Counted from the stretch's first letter, positions 39,502 to 52,285 are shown. The stretch: 64,000 bases of DNA from Octopus sinensis (GCF_006345805.1 NC_042999.1:17050001-17114000); one strand, 5' to 3'. The notes: generated by a model from the sequence alone, not told the origin. Numbers and translations: made by a program.

Positions 39502-39744
39502 AAATTGCGTAAATATGTGCCAGAAAAACATTAAGGAAATAGATTTTTGGGAGATGTCTTATTATGATTGACTTTTATTCCATTATTCTAATATCTTCTG
39601 AAACTTGTGCATATACATATAGAAATACATAAACATACACACACGCATACATACATTTTTGCAGTTATATATAAATAAACATTTCGGCATGTCTATGCAA
39701 TTGTGCCCCAAAGATTTGCTTCTTCATAAACTTGAGAAAATTAA

Positions 39745-39964
39745 ATATTTCTTACTCTTACTCTTTACTCTTTTACTTGTTTCAGTCATTTGACTGCGGC
39801 CATGCTGGAGCACCGCCTTTAGTCGAGGAAATCGACCCCGGGACTTATTCTTTGTAAGTCCAGTACTTATTCTATCGGTCTCCTTTGCCGAACCGCTAAG
39901 TGGCGGGGACGCAAACACACCAGCATCGGTTGTCAAGCAATGCTAGGGGACAAACACAGACACA

Positions 39965-40016
<52 letters not shown>

Positions 40017-40208
40017 CCCACATATATATATATACACATATATACGACAGGCTTCTTTCGGTTTCCGTCTACCAAATCCACTCACAAGGCATTGGTCGGC
40101 TCGGGGCTATAGCAGAAGACACTCGCCCAAGATGCCACGCAGTGGGACTGAACCCGGAACCATGTGGTTGGTTAGCAAGCTACGTACCACACAGCCACTC
40201 CTGCGCCT
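39745..40208 (-). mobile_element. SINE-B, full length
   Basis: Head, internal (CA)/(TA) and tail all present. Confidence 0.9.
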
Positions 40209-40789
40209 ATTAATGAAATTTTCTACAAAAACGTTTGAGATCGTGAAGATTCATATTAAACTGGAATTCATTTTGAAAGCAGTTTGTCCCTACAAGAGTT
40301 TTAAAGAATTCACACCATTAGGCTTTGTTGTATATATGTGTATATATGTATAAGTGGGTGTATACTTACTGTTTTAATTATATCTTTATACATGCACACA
40401 CATATACAAGACTGGCGCGCCGTCGGTAACGGCGACCATCACAACTCTTCCACTGATTCTGGAACCATGTGGTTGGGAAATGGTCATAAATACGTTGTTT
40501 ACCAAAACTATTAATTCATGAATTTAATGTTAAAACTGTAAAACCAGACATCAAAGAGAGTAGCAAAAAAATAACAGAGAAATAGATTCTTTGCATGGCA
40601 TTATTATCAAAATACAAAAATACAAAAAAAAAATGCGTAAAGCAGATACAACACAAAAGATTATGAGGTAAACAATGTCACCGTACCCTTTAATCTGAGA
40701 GTCGAGGTCATTTTAGCGCATAGGTGTACACGACCATACGCAGGCGCATCCGGCATTATCCATCCATCTTCCTGTCTATCTGCCTGTCT

Positions 40790-40892
40790 GTCTGCCTGTC
40801 TGTCTGTCTGCCTGTCTGTCTGTCTGTCTATCTGTCTATCTAGCTATCTATTTATCCATCTATCCATTTATCTATCTATCTATCCATCTATC

Positions 40893-40967
<75 letters not shown>

Positions 40968-41019
40968 ATATATATATATATATATAGAATAAAACTTATA
41001 TATAAAGAACGTGAAATTC

Positions 41020-41070
<51 letters not shown>
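40790..41070. repeat. (TCTG)n/(TCTA)n/(TA)n/(TG)n arrays
   Basis: Direct reading. Confidence 0.9.
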
Positions 41071-41071
<1 letters not shown>

Positions 41072-42622
41072 CCATTCATCTGTTAAAATTATTTGAGTTT
41101 GTGACTTAAGATTGCCACTTCTGAAATGGCTTACTGAAACAAATAAAGAATTCATAACTTGGGGGGGTTTATATGTGTATGTGTGTGCGTGTCTGTACGT
41201 TGTACGCGTGTGTGGTTATTATTGCATGCAAGTGCATGCACAGTCGAACCTATATATATATATATGCAACACATATGCGTTTGCATGTGCATGCGTTTCC
41301 TCAGTTGCTTATATTTTCGCTCTGCATATATATGATATCACTTTTTGCATACGATCTCTATGGATTAGGACTCAGAGCTATAAGGTTATGCGAACGTATA
41401 ATCCATTTGCTTGAAATACAATGGATAAAAGGAAAGCAAATAAGTTAGATCAAATATATATCAGTGGGTGGCATTTATCGCTTGCCAAATCATAGCATGG
41501 TTCCATTTAAATTACTTAAAACGAGAAAGAAATTAATGCGTAACAAAGTATATTGATTCATAGAATATCATACAAAGACACACGTATATTCGTGCGTCTT
41601 TGTACACATATATTATATGCATGTGTGTGATGCATACATTCATACATACATACATATATACACACACATACATAGATATATACGTACACACATAGATATT
41701 GCAGATATAAGTAAATTTACCTACATATACATATATACGCAATATTTATACATATATATGTATAAAGTAGTTATATACACATATATAGATATACTCAGAG
41801 ATACGTATACATTCATATATAATATACGACATTAAATTATGTAGTAACGTTTCTAATCTAAAATTTTCTGGAATTATGTAAAAAAAAAAATTATAATCAA
41901 TATATTTAGTTTAACAATTGAACAATCATTTCTTTTCTTTATTCATTTCTAGGAAAAAGAAATGTTCTGAACATTATTATTTGGCTTTTATGCTCAATAC
42001 AATAATGATGCCAAATTGTCGGCTTGATATGGCTTTACAACTTAATGTAAACCCATATTAACTTTTTAATATCCCTTATCTTTCCGATATGACATATGGC
42101 ATATACTGTGTAGCTTCCTGTCTTTAAGAAACCTAATTTGGCTCCATTTTATTATCCTCATGCTGCAATATCTTATTTTGTTACGTTTTTTGACTTCCTC
42201 TTTAATAAATTGTAAAACATCAGGAACTATAAATCTATGAAATATTTTGCACAATTTTCAAAGAATAGTTTTAAACATATCTTAAATTTTAATACCATTT
42301 CATTTTTTATTTTATTCCGATCTTCCTCTAAAGAAATATTCAAAGTGACATTTATTTAAGCGAAAAATATTTTGAAGCTTATACTAAAATATAAATTTAT
42401 GTAAGCAATCGGGAGATTCCACAATACATAAAATTGGAGGAATTCTTATAACTACCTGGCGTAAATATTTATAATTGATGTAGATTGTGAATTATTTCTA
42501 CTCATATTTAGTTTGCTTAAACAGCTCTAACTGTGGTGATAAACTGCCATCTGATATTACTTGTTTAAGAACTCTTCTCGTTGTCGACGTCATTGGTATT
42601 TTACCAGTGTGACGAAAATCCC

Positions 42623-42985
42623 ATTGATTCCTGTATTATACGACAAAATGATCTTGAAATTATTCGTGCATAACGACACGACTTCCTATGACACAGTCCA
42701 AGCAGGATATTCCTCAATGCGAGGAGATTCCTCAGTAATAGCTCTAAAACAGAAGCATATATAGGATTTAAACAGCGTTCCTTATGACGAACAAGTGCTT
42801 GATTGATTCCTGTATTATACGACAAAATGATCTTGAAATTATTCGTGCATAACGACACGACTTCCTGTGACACAGTCCAAGCAGGATATTCCTCAATGCG
42901 AGGAGATTCCACAGTAATAGCTCTAAAACAGAAGCATATATAGAATTTAAACAGCGTCCCTTATGACGAACAAGTGCTTGATTGA
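42623..42985. repeat. 179-bp tandem duplication of unique sequence
   Basis: 42623-42801 and 42802-42980 are nearly identical; ATTGA microhomology at the ends. Confidence 0.92.
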
Positions 42986-43959
42986 AGCGATCTCGTACAT
43001 CATCATTTAAAATTTCTACTGAAATGCAAGTCGATTTTGTTAATAGCTTTGTATTGATGCAAGCACAACAGGACCCTACCCACCATCACAAAGTTGTACT
43101 TCATAAAATAGAGGGTATCGTGGATAGTTCTGTAGCAAATCTCACAGTTCTGTATGCTCTCAACCATGCTATCGATATGCTCTGATAAAGGAAACTTTTG
43201 GGTTCTCTGCATAAGTCACTATTGTAAATCACTTTTGCCAAGCAGTCGGTTGCATTACTTTTTGTAATCACGTTTTTAATTTCCTTCCCTAATCTTTCCT
43301 TCCTTTCTATTGTTTCCTATTTTATTTCTCTACGCTAGCGATTCTGCGGTGGTAGATGTATCACTTCACTAGTTACTGGCTATTAGCCCCGCCAACGTCT
43401 TCGCTTATCTAGATCGATAATCCAGTAACTTGTTGACTTCTCGAAAGGTAGACGACTTTTCTAGTAATATAAAATGAATCTGATTAGAGCAGAAAAACTA
43501 ATTCAATGTGTAAAGCATCAGTTGTACTCAATCGAAATGAATTACTACTGTTCAAGTGTATGTTTTCCTAGAAACTCTATCGCTTACGCCAAACAATGCA
43601 AGTAAACAGCAGGGCTAGCTTCAAGAGCAGAAAATCTGATGAGACAATATAAAACACGAAAGTACTCTAAATAGGTACAGAATTCAAACACGAACCAAGT
43701 AAACACAGATGAATGATTTCAAAATATTTGACTGAAGGTAAATATGGCGGAACAGGGTGGCTTATAATCAATGGTCAAAGCTAGATGCCCACTAAAAGAT
43801 CCTATCATCACAGCATCATATAATATGAAGGAGATTCATGATGCAGGATCAGTAGAAACTATTAAGAAACCAAACAAGACATTCTCGACATTCCCTATGG
43901 AGTCCTAGAAATATCGAATACCAAATGCAATCACAGGTAAAACATGGCAGTGATCTATA

Positions 43960-44300
43960 TATATATATATATATATTCTCATTCTTTTGGGGATCGATAA
44001 GATAAGTACCAGTTGAGCGCTGGGATCGATTTAATCGATTTAGTACTTCCTCCGAATGTGAAACCAATATCATTAAGTTGGGCAAGCTGACAAAATAATT
44101 AGCACACTGGGTAAACTATTTAGTGACATTTCGTTCCTCTTTATGTTCTGGGTTCAAATGCTGACGGGGTCATCTTTACTTTTCATCCTTTCGGAGAACG
44201 AGAAAGTAAGCACTAGTTGAGGACTGGGGTCGACTTGGCCCTTCCCTTGAAATTGAGGGATTTTTCATAAAATTTGAAACCAATATTACACCAAAATAAA
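43960..44300. mobile_element. two degenerate SINE-A short forms in opposite orientation
   Basis: GATAAGTACCAGTTGAGCGCTGGG.. and GCAAGCTGACAAAAT..TTCATCCTTTCGGAG. Confidence 0.6.
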
Positions 44301-44339
44301 TCATTCTACTAAAACCATATCTCCTGAAATTTGGAGGAA

Positions 44340-44745
44340 GGCAACTGGTTAATTGCATCGACCCGTGCTTCACTGTTATTTAATTCATCGACCTCAAAAG
44401 GATGAAAGGTAAAGTCGACCTTAGCGGCATTTGATCGCAGAACGCATGACGTAGCGACAGGCGAAATACCTATTTCTTTATTACGCACAAGGGGCTAAAC
44501 ACAGAGGGGACTAACAAGGACAGGCATAGGTATTAAGTCGATTACATCGACCCCAGTGCGTAACTGGTACTTAATTTATCGACCCCGAATGGATGAAAGG
44601 CAAAGTCGACCTCGGCGGAATTTGAACTCACAACATAACGCAGACGAAATACCGCTAAGCATTTCGCCCGGTGCGTTAACGTTTCTGCCAGCTCGCCGTC
44701 GACAGGCGAAATACCGTTAAGCATTTCGTCCAGCGCGCTACCGAT
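44340..44745 (-). mobile_element. older SINE-A containing a full-length SINE-A (44471-44699) with 16-bp TSD
   Basis: CGACAGGCGAAATACC at 44455-44470 and 44700-44715; host head resumes at 44716. Confidence 0.9.
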
Positions 44746-44779
44746 TTCCTTGTTCCATTGCACATTAATAGGTGATAAT

Positions 44780-45025
44780 AATGTTTCTTCTTGAGGCATG
44801 TCGGGCTCATAAGGGTCGATTTCCTGGTTTCAGTGGCGTAGAGATTCCCCAACTGGACGGGACGCCGGTCCATCGCAGGATTACTCATTTTTGCCCGCTG
44901 AGTGGACTGGAGCAATGTGAAATGAAGCGTTTTGCTCAAGAACACAACGCATCGCCCAGTCCAGGCATCGAAACGACAACCTTACGATCATGACTTCAAC
45001 ACCCTAACCACTAAGTCTCGTACCT
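44780..45025 (-). mobile_element. SINE-E (tRNA head, CORE-like domain, D-type tail)
   Basis: Reverse complement GTGTTCTTGAGCAAAACGCTTCATTTCAC..CAAAAATGAGTAA then CCTGCGATGGACCGGCGTCCCGTCC. Confidence 0.8.
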
Positions 45026-46224
45026 GCACTAATAGATGAGAATAAAGATTTAAAAGCCGCAGAACACATTATAATTGCGTGTCACTGATTAAATTTATGA
45101 TGGACTGTTGTAACCACAAGCGTTACTTTTCTTTTAGTTCAGCCAGTAAATCAACAGAAACTATTATTTCTATAGTAATTATGCTGAGTTATTTACTTGT
45201 CATTGTGATGAGTATTTAGAATACATTTCTACTTTCTGCCTGGTTAGTTCATGTATGGAGACAATGAAACCCTGATCATGACATTTGGATAAAGAGATAA
45301 AGATTTTTCGGAGCGAAAAAATCTGTAAAAACAAATTCATCAATTAAAATGTACTTCAACCATTTAATAACATTTGAGAAGTGTCGTTCAAAGCGAGGAA
45401 GACTTTCTTAGAATAGAGTTATGGCAACAAGTCAACAATGCACTTGTGGTTGTTGTTTGAGCCGCATATAAAATAACAGGAGAATGGAGAGCTAAATGTA
45501 ACAATTCAGCTTTATTAAGAATCCATTGTGATAAGATTTGCAAAAATACCAACATTAATATAAAATATTAAGAAAGAAAACAAAATAATAATGTTTAATA
45601 TCTCGTGTAACAGTTAATGCCAGATAGAAAAAGGATAATAACATTTATAGTAAAATAAAAGCAAAAGAGGGGAGAAATGTTTAATTAAGATTCAGATGGA
45701 GTTTTAATAGAAAGAAGAGAAACATCGGGTGAGAATTAACAATAGGAAAGATAATAAGGATTCTAGCCATACGTACGCTATTAAACATTAAGGAAATATA
45801 TCATAATATTCCATATTATAGAGGAAGAATGACAGAAATTCTAAAATCTTCCGTTTTCAATTATTTTCACATTATATTTGCTATTTTATATTTACCATTA
45901 AAAATTTGCGACATAAAATATATTACTCTATAACGCATTTGTTTTATTGAATATATTTCCTGAGATTCTGGTGAGGACTCTATAATATGTATATAAAAAT
46001 ACGTTCAATAACTTAAACAATTTGGAGTCTCTTAATTATTTGAAACCTTTTCTAGTCTATTTGCATGTTCGAATCTTTTGCGTCTCTGCTCATTGTTACC
46101 GCGATAGACAACCTGACAAACGGAATTTCTTCTAGGATTTTAAGTGTTGAGAGGAATTATTTGTGGTTTGGATAATTCCTCTTTGGAAGACAGAGAAAAA
46201 GAGTGAGAGATAAGTATTTCTAAT

Positions 46225-46522
46225 TTGGCAAAATGCAAATATATGGGAAACTACCACCTGTGTCATCTCTTGTGAAAGGTAGGAGAGTCCAGTTTGCTGG
46301 ACATTGTTGTAGAGCTGAAAAAGAAGTAATTTCTACTCTTCTCCTCTGGAAGCCATCTACTCGCAATACCAGAGGCCACACACTCTTCTACCCTGATGTA
46401 ATCTCCAGGGATACAGGCATCCAGCAACAGGACCTCCGTAATGCCATGATGGACCGTGAAGTCTGGCGTAGCATGGTAAATTCCATTGTCTCGACCACGG
46501 TCGAAAAATGATGATGATGATG
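46225..46522 (+). mobile_element. RTE-type LINE 3' end with (TGA)n tail
   Basis: IYGKLPPVSSLVKGRRVQFAGHCCRAEKEVISTLLLWKP..YPDVISRDTG..AMMDREVWR*. Confidence 0.8.
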
Positions 46523-46659
46523 TGTGTTGCCTTACCAACGGGGTATTTTTCGCCTTCCTTTTTGGAGTTGATAAAATATGTACTAGATAAACACTGGGGT
46601 TAAGGAATTTAAGTTCTACTTTTAAAATTGCTGGTGTTTTGCCAAATTATCTCTCTCTC

Positions 46660-46957
46660 TTTCTCTCTGTTTTCCAAAGAGGAATTATCCAAACCACAAA
46701 GAATTCCTCTCAACACATAGCTATGATGCTCCCCCACTACTTCTGCTCATGATCAGAGATGCACATATCATCAGCCACCAAGGAACATGCTCAACTGGTT
46801 AAGGTGAAACAGCTGACAAACAAATATGTGGTATTGAGCAGAATATTTGATGTAGCCCATCTTTTATACCACGACAAAACAATGTAGATGATAACACTTC
46901 CAATCAGTTAAGATCAGAAGCCATGAGAGCCACAGCTTGGTACTGCATCAGGGCATT
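46660..46957. mobile_element. repeat F variant (other terminus, ..GCATCAGGGCATTT-(ATT)n)
   Basis: Overlaps F at CCTCTCAACAC..GATCAGAGATGCACATATC; inverted fragment of the same variant at about 46148-46212. Confidence 0.75.
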
Positions 46958-46959
46958 TA

Positions 46960-46974
46960 TTATTATTATTATTA

Positions 46975-47012
<38 letters not shown>

Positions 47013-47275
47013 GATTTTGCACAGCTTCTAACGCTGGAGATGTATTACAGTGTCAGCTGTTCACTACCAGTGAACTAAGGTAACACCTCTTATTTTTCGA
47101 GCACCTTCCGGAGTATTCGAGCGGTTACAATCAGTGCGGTTTTCTGCAAGTGCTCCACTCTTATTGCAGCCCCTATTCCTTCCACGTACTTCTTGAGATT
47201 TTTCGTCGACCACAACTGCTTAAGTTCCCAAGCTAACCTGTCATATATCTCTACTTTCTTTCTTCCTTATCGCAT
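46960..47275 (-). mobile_element. R4/Dong-type LINE 3' end in (TAA)n
   Basis: KVEIYDRLAWELKQLW..VEHLQKTALIVTARILRKVLEK*. Confidence 0.8.
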
Positions 47276-47424
47276 AACTTGTTGACAACTACCGGATTTT
47301 TGCACAGTTCTGAATTTTTTAAAAACCATTTCTGGCAATTGTCTGATAATATAGATATATACTTACCCAAATACATCAATACATTAACATTAATATTTTT
47401 TCACCGTTGTTACAATCATCTGAA

Positions 47425-47700
47425 ATGGAAATGTCAAAGTGCGATATTTGAGCAATTTTATTATTCAACTACAAAACAGGACGTAAAGCAGCTGAAACTG
47501 CTCGCGATATCAACGGAACTTTTGGTAAGGAAATGACCAATGATTGGTCAGGGGGAAAATGGTTTCGCAGTGGAAATCTGAGCCTTGGGAGATCGTGAGC
47601 ATAGTGGACGCACATCTATCATCGATGATGGTCCATTAAAGACCGTCAATGAAAAAGATCCACGTAAAACCACTCGTGAACTAGTAAAAAATGTTCCAGT
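47425..47700 (+). mobile_element. mariner transposase N-terminal (HTH) relic
   Basis: MEMSKCDI*AILLFNYKTGRKAAETARDINGTFG..WFRSGNLSL..EHSGR..DPRKTTREL resembles the Hsmar1/mariner N-terminus. Confidence 0.8.
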
Positions 47701-47747
47701 TTGCTAGAAGACTGCATGCAACCACTTGCATGCCATTATCATCATCA

Positions 47748-47814
<67 letters not shown>

Positions 47815-47818
<4 letters not shown>

Positions 47819-48415
47819 TAGTTTTTTTTTATAGCGTGCTTTCACTTCACTACCGAGCGCAGCTTGTGTGCCTTGGGTATGTGCTGTGATTTGTTGTGAT
47901 GCTCTGATGGTTATTGTATGGAAGGATGTGTACAGTGCCTAGTAGTGCATGTATGTGTTGTTGTGTTTTCATTTTTTGGGTAGAGCACTGCTGTGAAGTA
48001 TGCGTGTAAGATAGAAATGTATTCCTCACGTGTCCATTTATGTCTTTTGGGTTTTATTTGCGGGACATGAGGAACAACGTCCGGCCCATTATTTTGACGG
48101 TCGTCACTTTCGTAGGATACCGGTCCGTTCATTTCTGCTGTCACATTATTTCGCACGTGTAGTTTTTCGTACATTTTTTGTTGTAAGTTTAAAGTACGTA
48201 CCGCTCCATTGTTATTCTCGGGTTGAATAATAACGGTGGCATTTAATTTCTTCGTAGTTCCTTTGTACATGGTGTTTGGGGTCGAGGATGATCTGGTGTT
48301 GATGGATCGTAATGTTTCACGCATGTTTACATGTGTCGTGTTAGAGGTGGAGATGATATCGAGTCAAAATACATCATTTCGTTTCGAAAATAGTAATAAA
48401 TTTCAATTAGTATTA
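47815..48415 (-). mobile_element. internally deleted R4/Dong-type derivative between (TAA)n runs
   Basis: N-terminal-like KRHKWTREEYISILHAYF joined near 47949 to ALLGTVHIL and a 3' UTR homologous to 10770-10890. Confidence 0.6.
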
Positions 48416-48416
48416 C

Positions 48417-48471
<55 letters not shown>

Positions 48472-48472
48472 A

Positions 48473-48504
<32 letters not shown>

Positions 48505-48520
48505 TATTCATTTTATATTA

Positions 48521-48576
<56 letters not shown>

Positions 48577-49017
48577 TGAGTGAGAGAGTTGTGCATGCCA
48601 TCAAAGTGACACTGGAGTAAAATATACGAAGCCCAATATACCCATCATGACTACCCGTCTGATAAGGGCACACCAGACACATGCATCACAACCATATGTG
48701 CGCGACATGGTGATATCATATCAATATAAACAGCACATGACCTTGCAGGTGGGGCCCAGTTAGAATTTTCTTCAGGTTGAGTAGCCCATCCCGCTCAAGC
48801 GGTCCCTGAATAAGGGTTGTTTAAGGTTGAAAGAAGAACCACCATGTTTCCAGAGGTGAATTATTCAAACCCCAAAGAATCCCTCTCAACACATGGCTAT
48901 GATACTCCCCCACTACTTCTGCTCGTGATCAGAGATGCACATATCGTCAACCACTAAGGGGCATGCTCAACTGGTTAAGGTCAAACAACTGACAAGCAAA
49001 TCTATGGTATTGAGCAG

Positions 49018-49018
<1 letters not shown>
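48577..49018. mobile_element. repeat F
   Basis: CTGAGTGAGAGAGTTGTGCATGCCATCAAAGTGACACTGG..; (ATT)n on both sides. Confidence 0.85.
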
Positions 49019-49053
<35 letters not shown>

Positions 49054-49073
49054 TTATTATTATTATTATTATT

Positions 49074-49460
49074 GTGGAGGCGCAATGGCTCAGTGGTTAG
49101 GGCAGCGGACTCGCAGTCGTAGGATCGCGGTTTCGATTCCCAGACCGGGCGTTGTTAGTGTTTATTGAGCGAAAACACCTAAAGCTCCACGAGGCTCCGG
49201 CAGGGGGTGGTGGCGATCCCTGTTGTACTCTTTCACCCCAACTTTCTCTCACTCTTACTTCCTGTTTTTGTTGTACCTGTATTTCAAAGGGCCGGCCTTG
49301 TCACTCTCTGTGTCACGCTGAATATCCCCGAGAACTACGTTAAGGGTACGCGTGTCTGTGGAGTGATCAGCCACTTACACGTTAATTTCACGAGCAGGCT
49401 GTTCCGTTGATTCGGATCAACCGGAACCCTCGTCGTCGTAACCGACGGAATGCTTCCACC
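49074..49460 (+). mobile_element. SINE-C, full length
   Basis: Homologous to 11288-11672. Confidence 0.9.
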
Positions 49461-49469
49461 CATCCATTA

Positions 49470-49523
<54 letters not shown>

Positions 49524-50049
49524 TATTATTATTATTCAAAAGAAATATTTATTTGAGAACTGGGCTGCTCATGTTTTGCTGGTTGTTGATTGATTTCTGA
49601 CTTTCTCTCAACTGAAGTTTTCTTCGTCCTAAGTCGGTTTGGAACGTTATATCTACAAAAGAGAAAAAAAAAAAAAGAAATGAAAAAGTGAAAAAGAAAA
49701 CAGAAAAGGAAACGAAAAAGAACCAGGAGTATACAAAAATATATGAAACAAGATAAGATAAATTTCGAAACAGAAATTGAAATAAGAAAATAAAATGATT
49801 ACTGTATTATATTTGTTCATATTTGTTTATATTTGTTTATATATTTGTTTATGGGTTTCAGCTTTTCCCTTTTTAAGTGTCTTATTTTTTTCTTTCTTGT
49901 GGAAACAACTTTGCTTTCTATTCGCGTTGAAGCTTTATTTTATTATTTTATTATTTTATTCGTCTCTTCCTATCTTGATTCTTGTTTCACATTTTCCACG
50001 ACAAAACATTACGCCTTCCGTTTTTCGCACAGATTTCTTAATATGCTCA

Positions 50050-50215
50050 TGATCATCAGCATCACTACCACCATATCCACCAACATCTTCATCATTATCA
50101 TCATCATCGTCATCATCATCATCATCATCATCATCATCGTCATCATCATCATCGGCATCATCATCATCATCATCATCACCATCATCACCATCACCATCAT
50201 CACCATCACCATCAC

Positions 50216-50250
<35 letters not shown>

Positions 50251-50342
50251 CCATCGCCATCATCACCATCATCATCATCGTCATCATCATCACCCTCGCC
50301 ATCATCACCATCATCATCATCACCATCACCATCACCATCATC

Positions 50343-50373
<31 letters not shown>

Positions 50374-50375
50374 CC
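50050..50375. repeat. (CAT)n/(CAC)n mosaic; (CTT)n at 50800-50890
   Basis: Direct reading. Confidence 0.92.
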
Positions 50376-51946
50376 ACCACCACCTCTTGTACCAGCACTA
50401 CTGACACCCCTACCATAATCATTATTATCCACTTCAGCGTCTTCGTGATCCTCATCGTCATCAATATCGTCGTCGTATCACGGTCGTCGTTATTATCGCT
50501 GTCCTGTCGTCGTCAGCATCATTATCATCATCAGCGTCATCACCATTATCACCTTCCTCTTCATCGTTATTGTTCTGCTCTGTCCTCTCGTTGACCTGTC
50601 CTTGTCTTTTTACCTTCCTCCCCTTCCTCACTTCTTCTCCCCATCCGCATCCCCTTCCTCATTGTTTCTCCTTTTCCTTCTGCTCCCCTCCTTCCCCACT
50701 CCTTTTTCTTCCTTTACATCTCCACCTCTTGTTGCTGTTGTCCTTCTTCCTCACTGTTCTTCCTTTCCCTTCTGTTCCGCTCTTCTGCTCCACTCTTCAT
50801 CATCATCATCATCTTCTTCTTCTTCTTTTTCTTCTTCTTCTTCTTCTTCTTCTTCTTCTTCTTCTTCTTCTTCTTCTTCTTCTTCTTCTTTGTCCTTCTC
50901 TGCCTTTCTTTCCATGTATCTTGTTTGTCTCATGGCATTTCTCCATTTTCCTCTTATTTTTTTTTTCAAAACTCCGCTTTACATTTATATTTTTTAATTC
51001 AAACTACTTTCGCCTATCGTTTTATCGACTTCACTCAAGCTTTTTTCTTTTCCCCTCGCTCAAACCGTAACTTGATTTACTAATTTTCTTTGTAGCTTTC
51101 TTTCTTTTTCTCTTCTACATTTACTTCGCCATTCCTTTTCCTCTTTCCCCCCTCTCTTTATATATTACATTCTCTCTGCCTTTAATTTCTCCTACATCTC
51201 TGTTCCTCGCATACTTTCGATTTCAACTCTCCTTCCCATGATGCCTTTCTTACAAAAGACAAAAAAAAATTAACAACTGTCTATCCTTTGTAACTCTTCT
51301 TTCTAGCAGTTTCGCTTATTCCTTCTCTCTACCTTTTACCACATACATACTTACATTAAGAATTTCTTCAAACATTAGCTTTACCAATTTTTCCCTTCGA
51401 TCTCCCTTATCATTCTAGTATTTTTAATCGACAAAAGTTTTCACATATTTTTTCTTCCATTTCCCATGTTAATTTCCTTTCATTTTCTCATCAATTCCTT
51501 AGTTATAATTGTTTTTGTTTCGAAATTGTACAAATTCTATTAAAGCTAAAATTATCTAATTACTATCTGCCACAGTATGTTTTTATGTATCTCTCAGAAC
51601 GAAATGCATTGTAACTATAGCGATCTCTGCAAACATATATTATTGCTGGATTTAAAGCAAGTTTCCTATTTAGTCCAACTCTGTACAATGTTAAAAATTT
51701 GATAATTTATTTTTCGTACTGAATCAGGTATATAGAAAAGTGCATACGCACGTTAAAAAAAGAGGCGTTGCGATTGTGTGTATGAGCGTATGTGACTGTA
51801 TGGTTGACTTTGTGTGCTTGCCTGTTCTGCCCAAGCATAGATGCACACACACACACATACATACATACATACATATACAGAGAGACGGAGAGTTCTAAAT
51901 CAAGAGTATTTGTACGCATGTTTGTGCAAATGTCTATCTTTCTTTG

Positions 51947-51991
<45 letters not shown>

Positions 51992-51999
51992 CATATACC

Positions 52000-52285
52000 A
52001 GGCCAACAGATGTTGCTACACATCGCTGGTCAAAATGCATTCGCATTGTTTTAGCCTTCGAATGACGCCATCCCGCTGGCTAAGCGAGCAGGCCAACAGA
52101 AGAAAGAGTGAAAGGAGGAGTGGTAAAAGAGTACAGCAGGGATCACCACCCCCTGCCGGAGCCTCGTGGAGCTTTTTAGGTGTTTTCGCTCAATAAACAC
52201 ACACAACGCCCGCTCTGGGAATCGAAACCGCGATCCCACGACCGCGAGTCCGCTGCCCTAACCACGGGCTATTGTGCTTGCACAT
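52000..52285 (-). mobile_element. C/D-headed SINE with a third tail type
   Basis: Same head and GCTCCACGAGGCTCCGGCAGG block, then a tail unrelated to C or D. Confidence 0.7.

Noticed and set aside
46148-46715. 65-bp inverted repeats as MITE TIRs around the RTE fragment
   Set aside because: Both arms are pieces of the repeat F variant, and the right arm continues into F; no TSD.
49833-50594. Long Ile-, Asp- or Met-rich ORFs
   Set aside because: They come from (CAT)n microsatellite frames.
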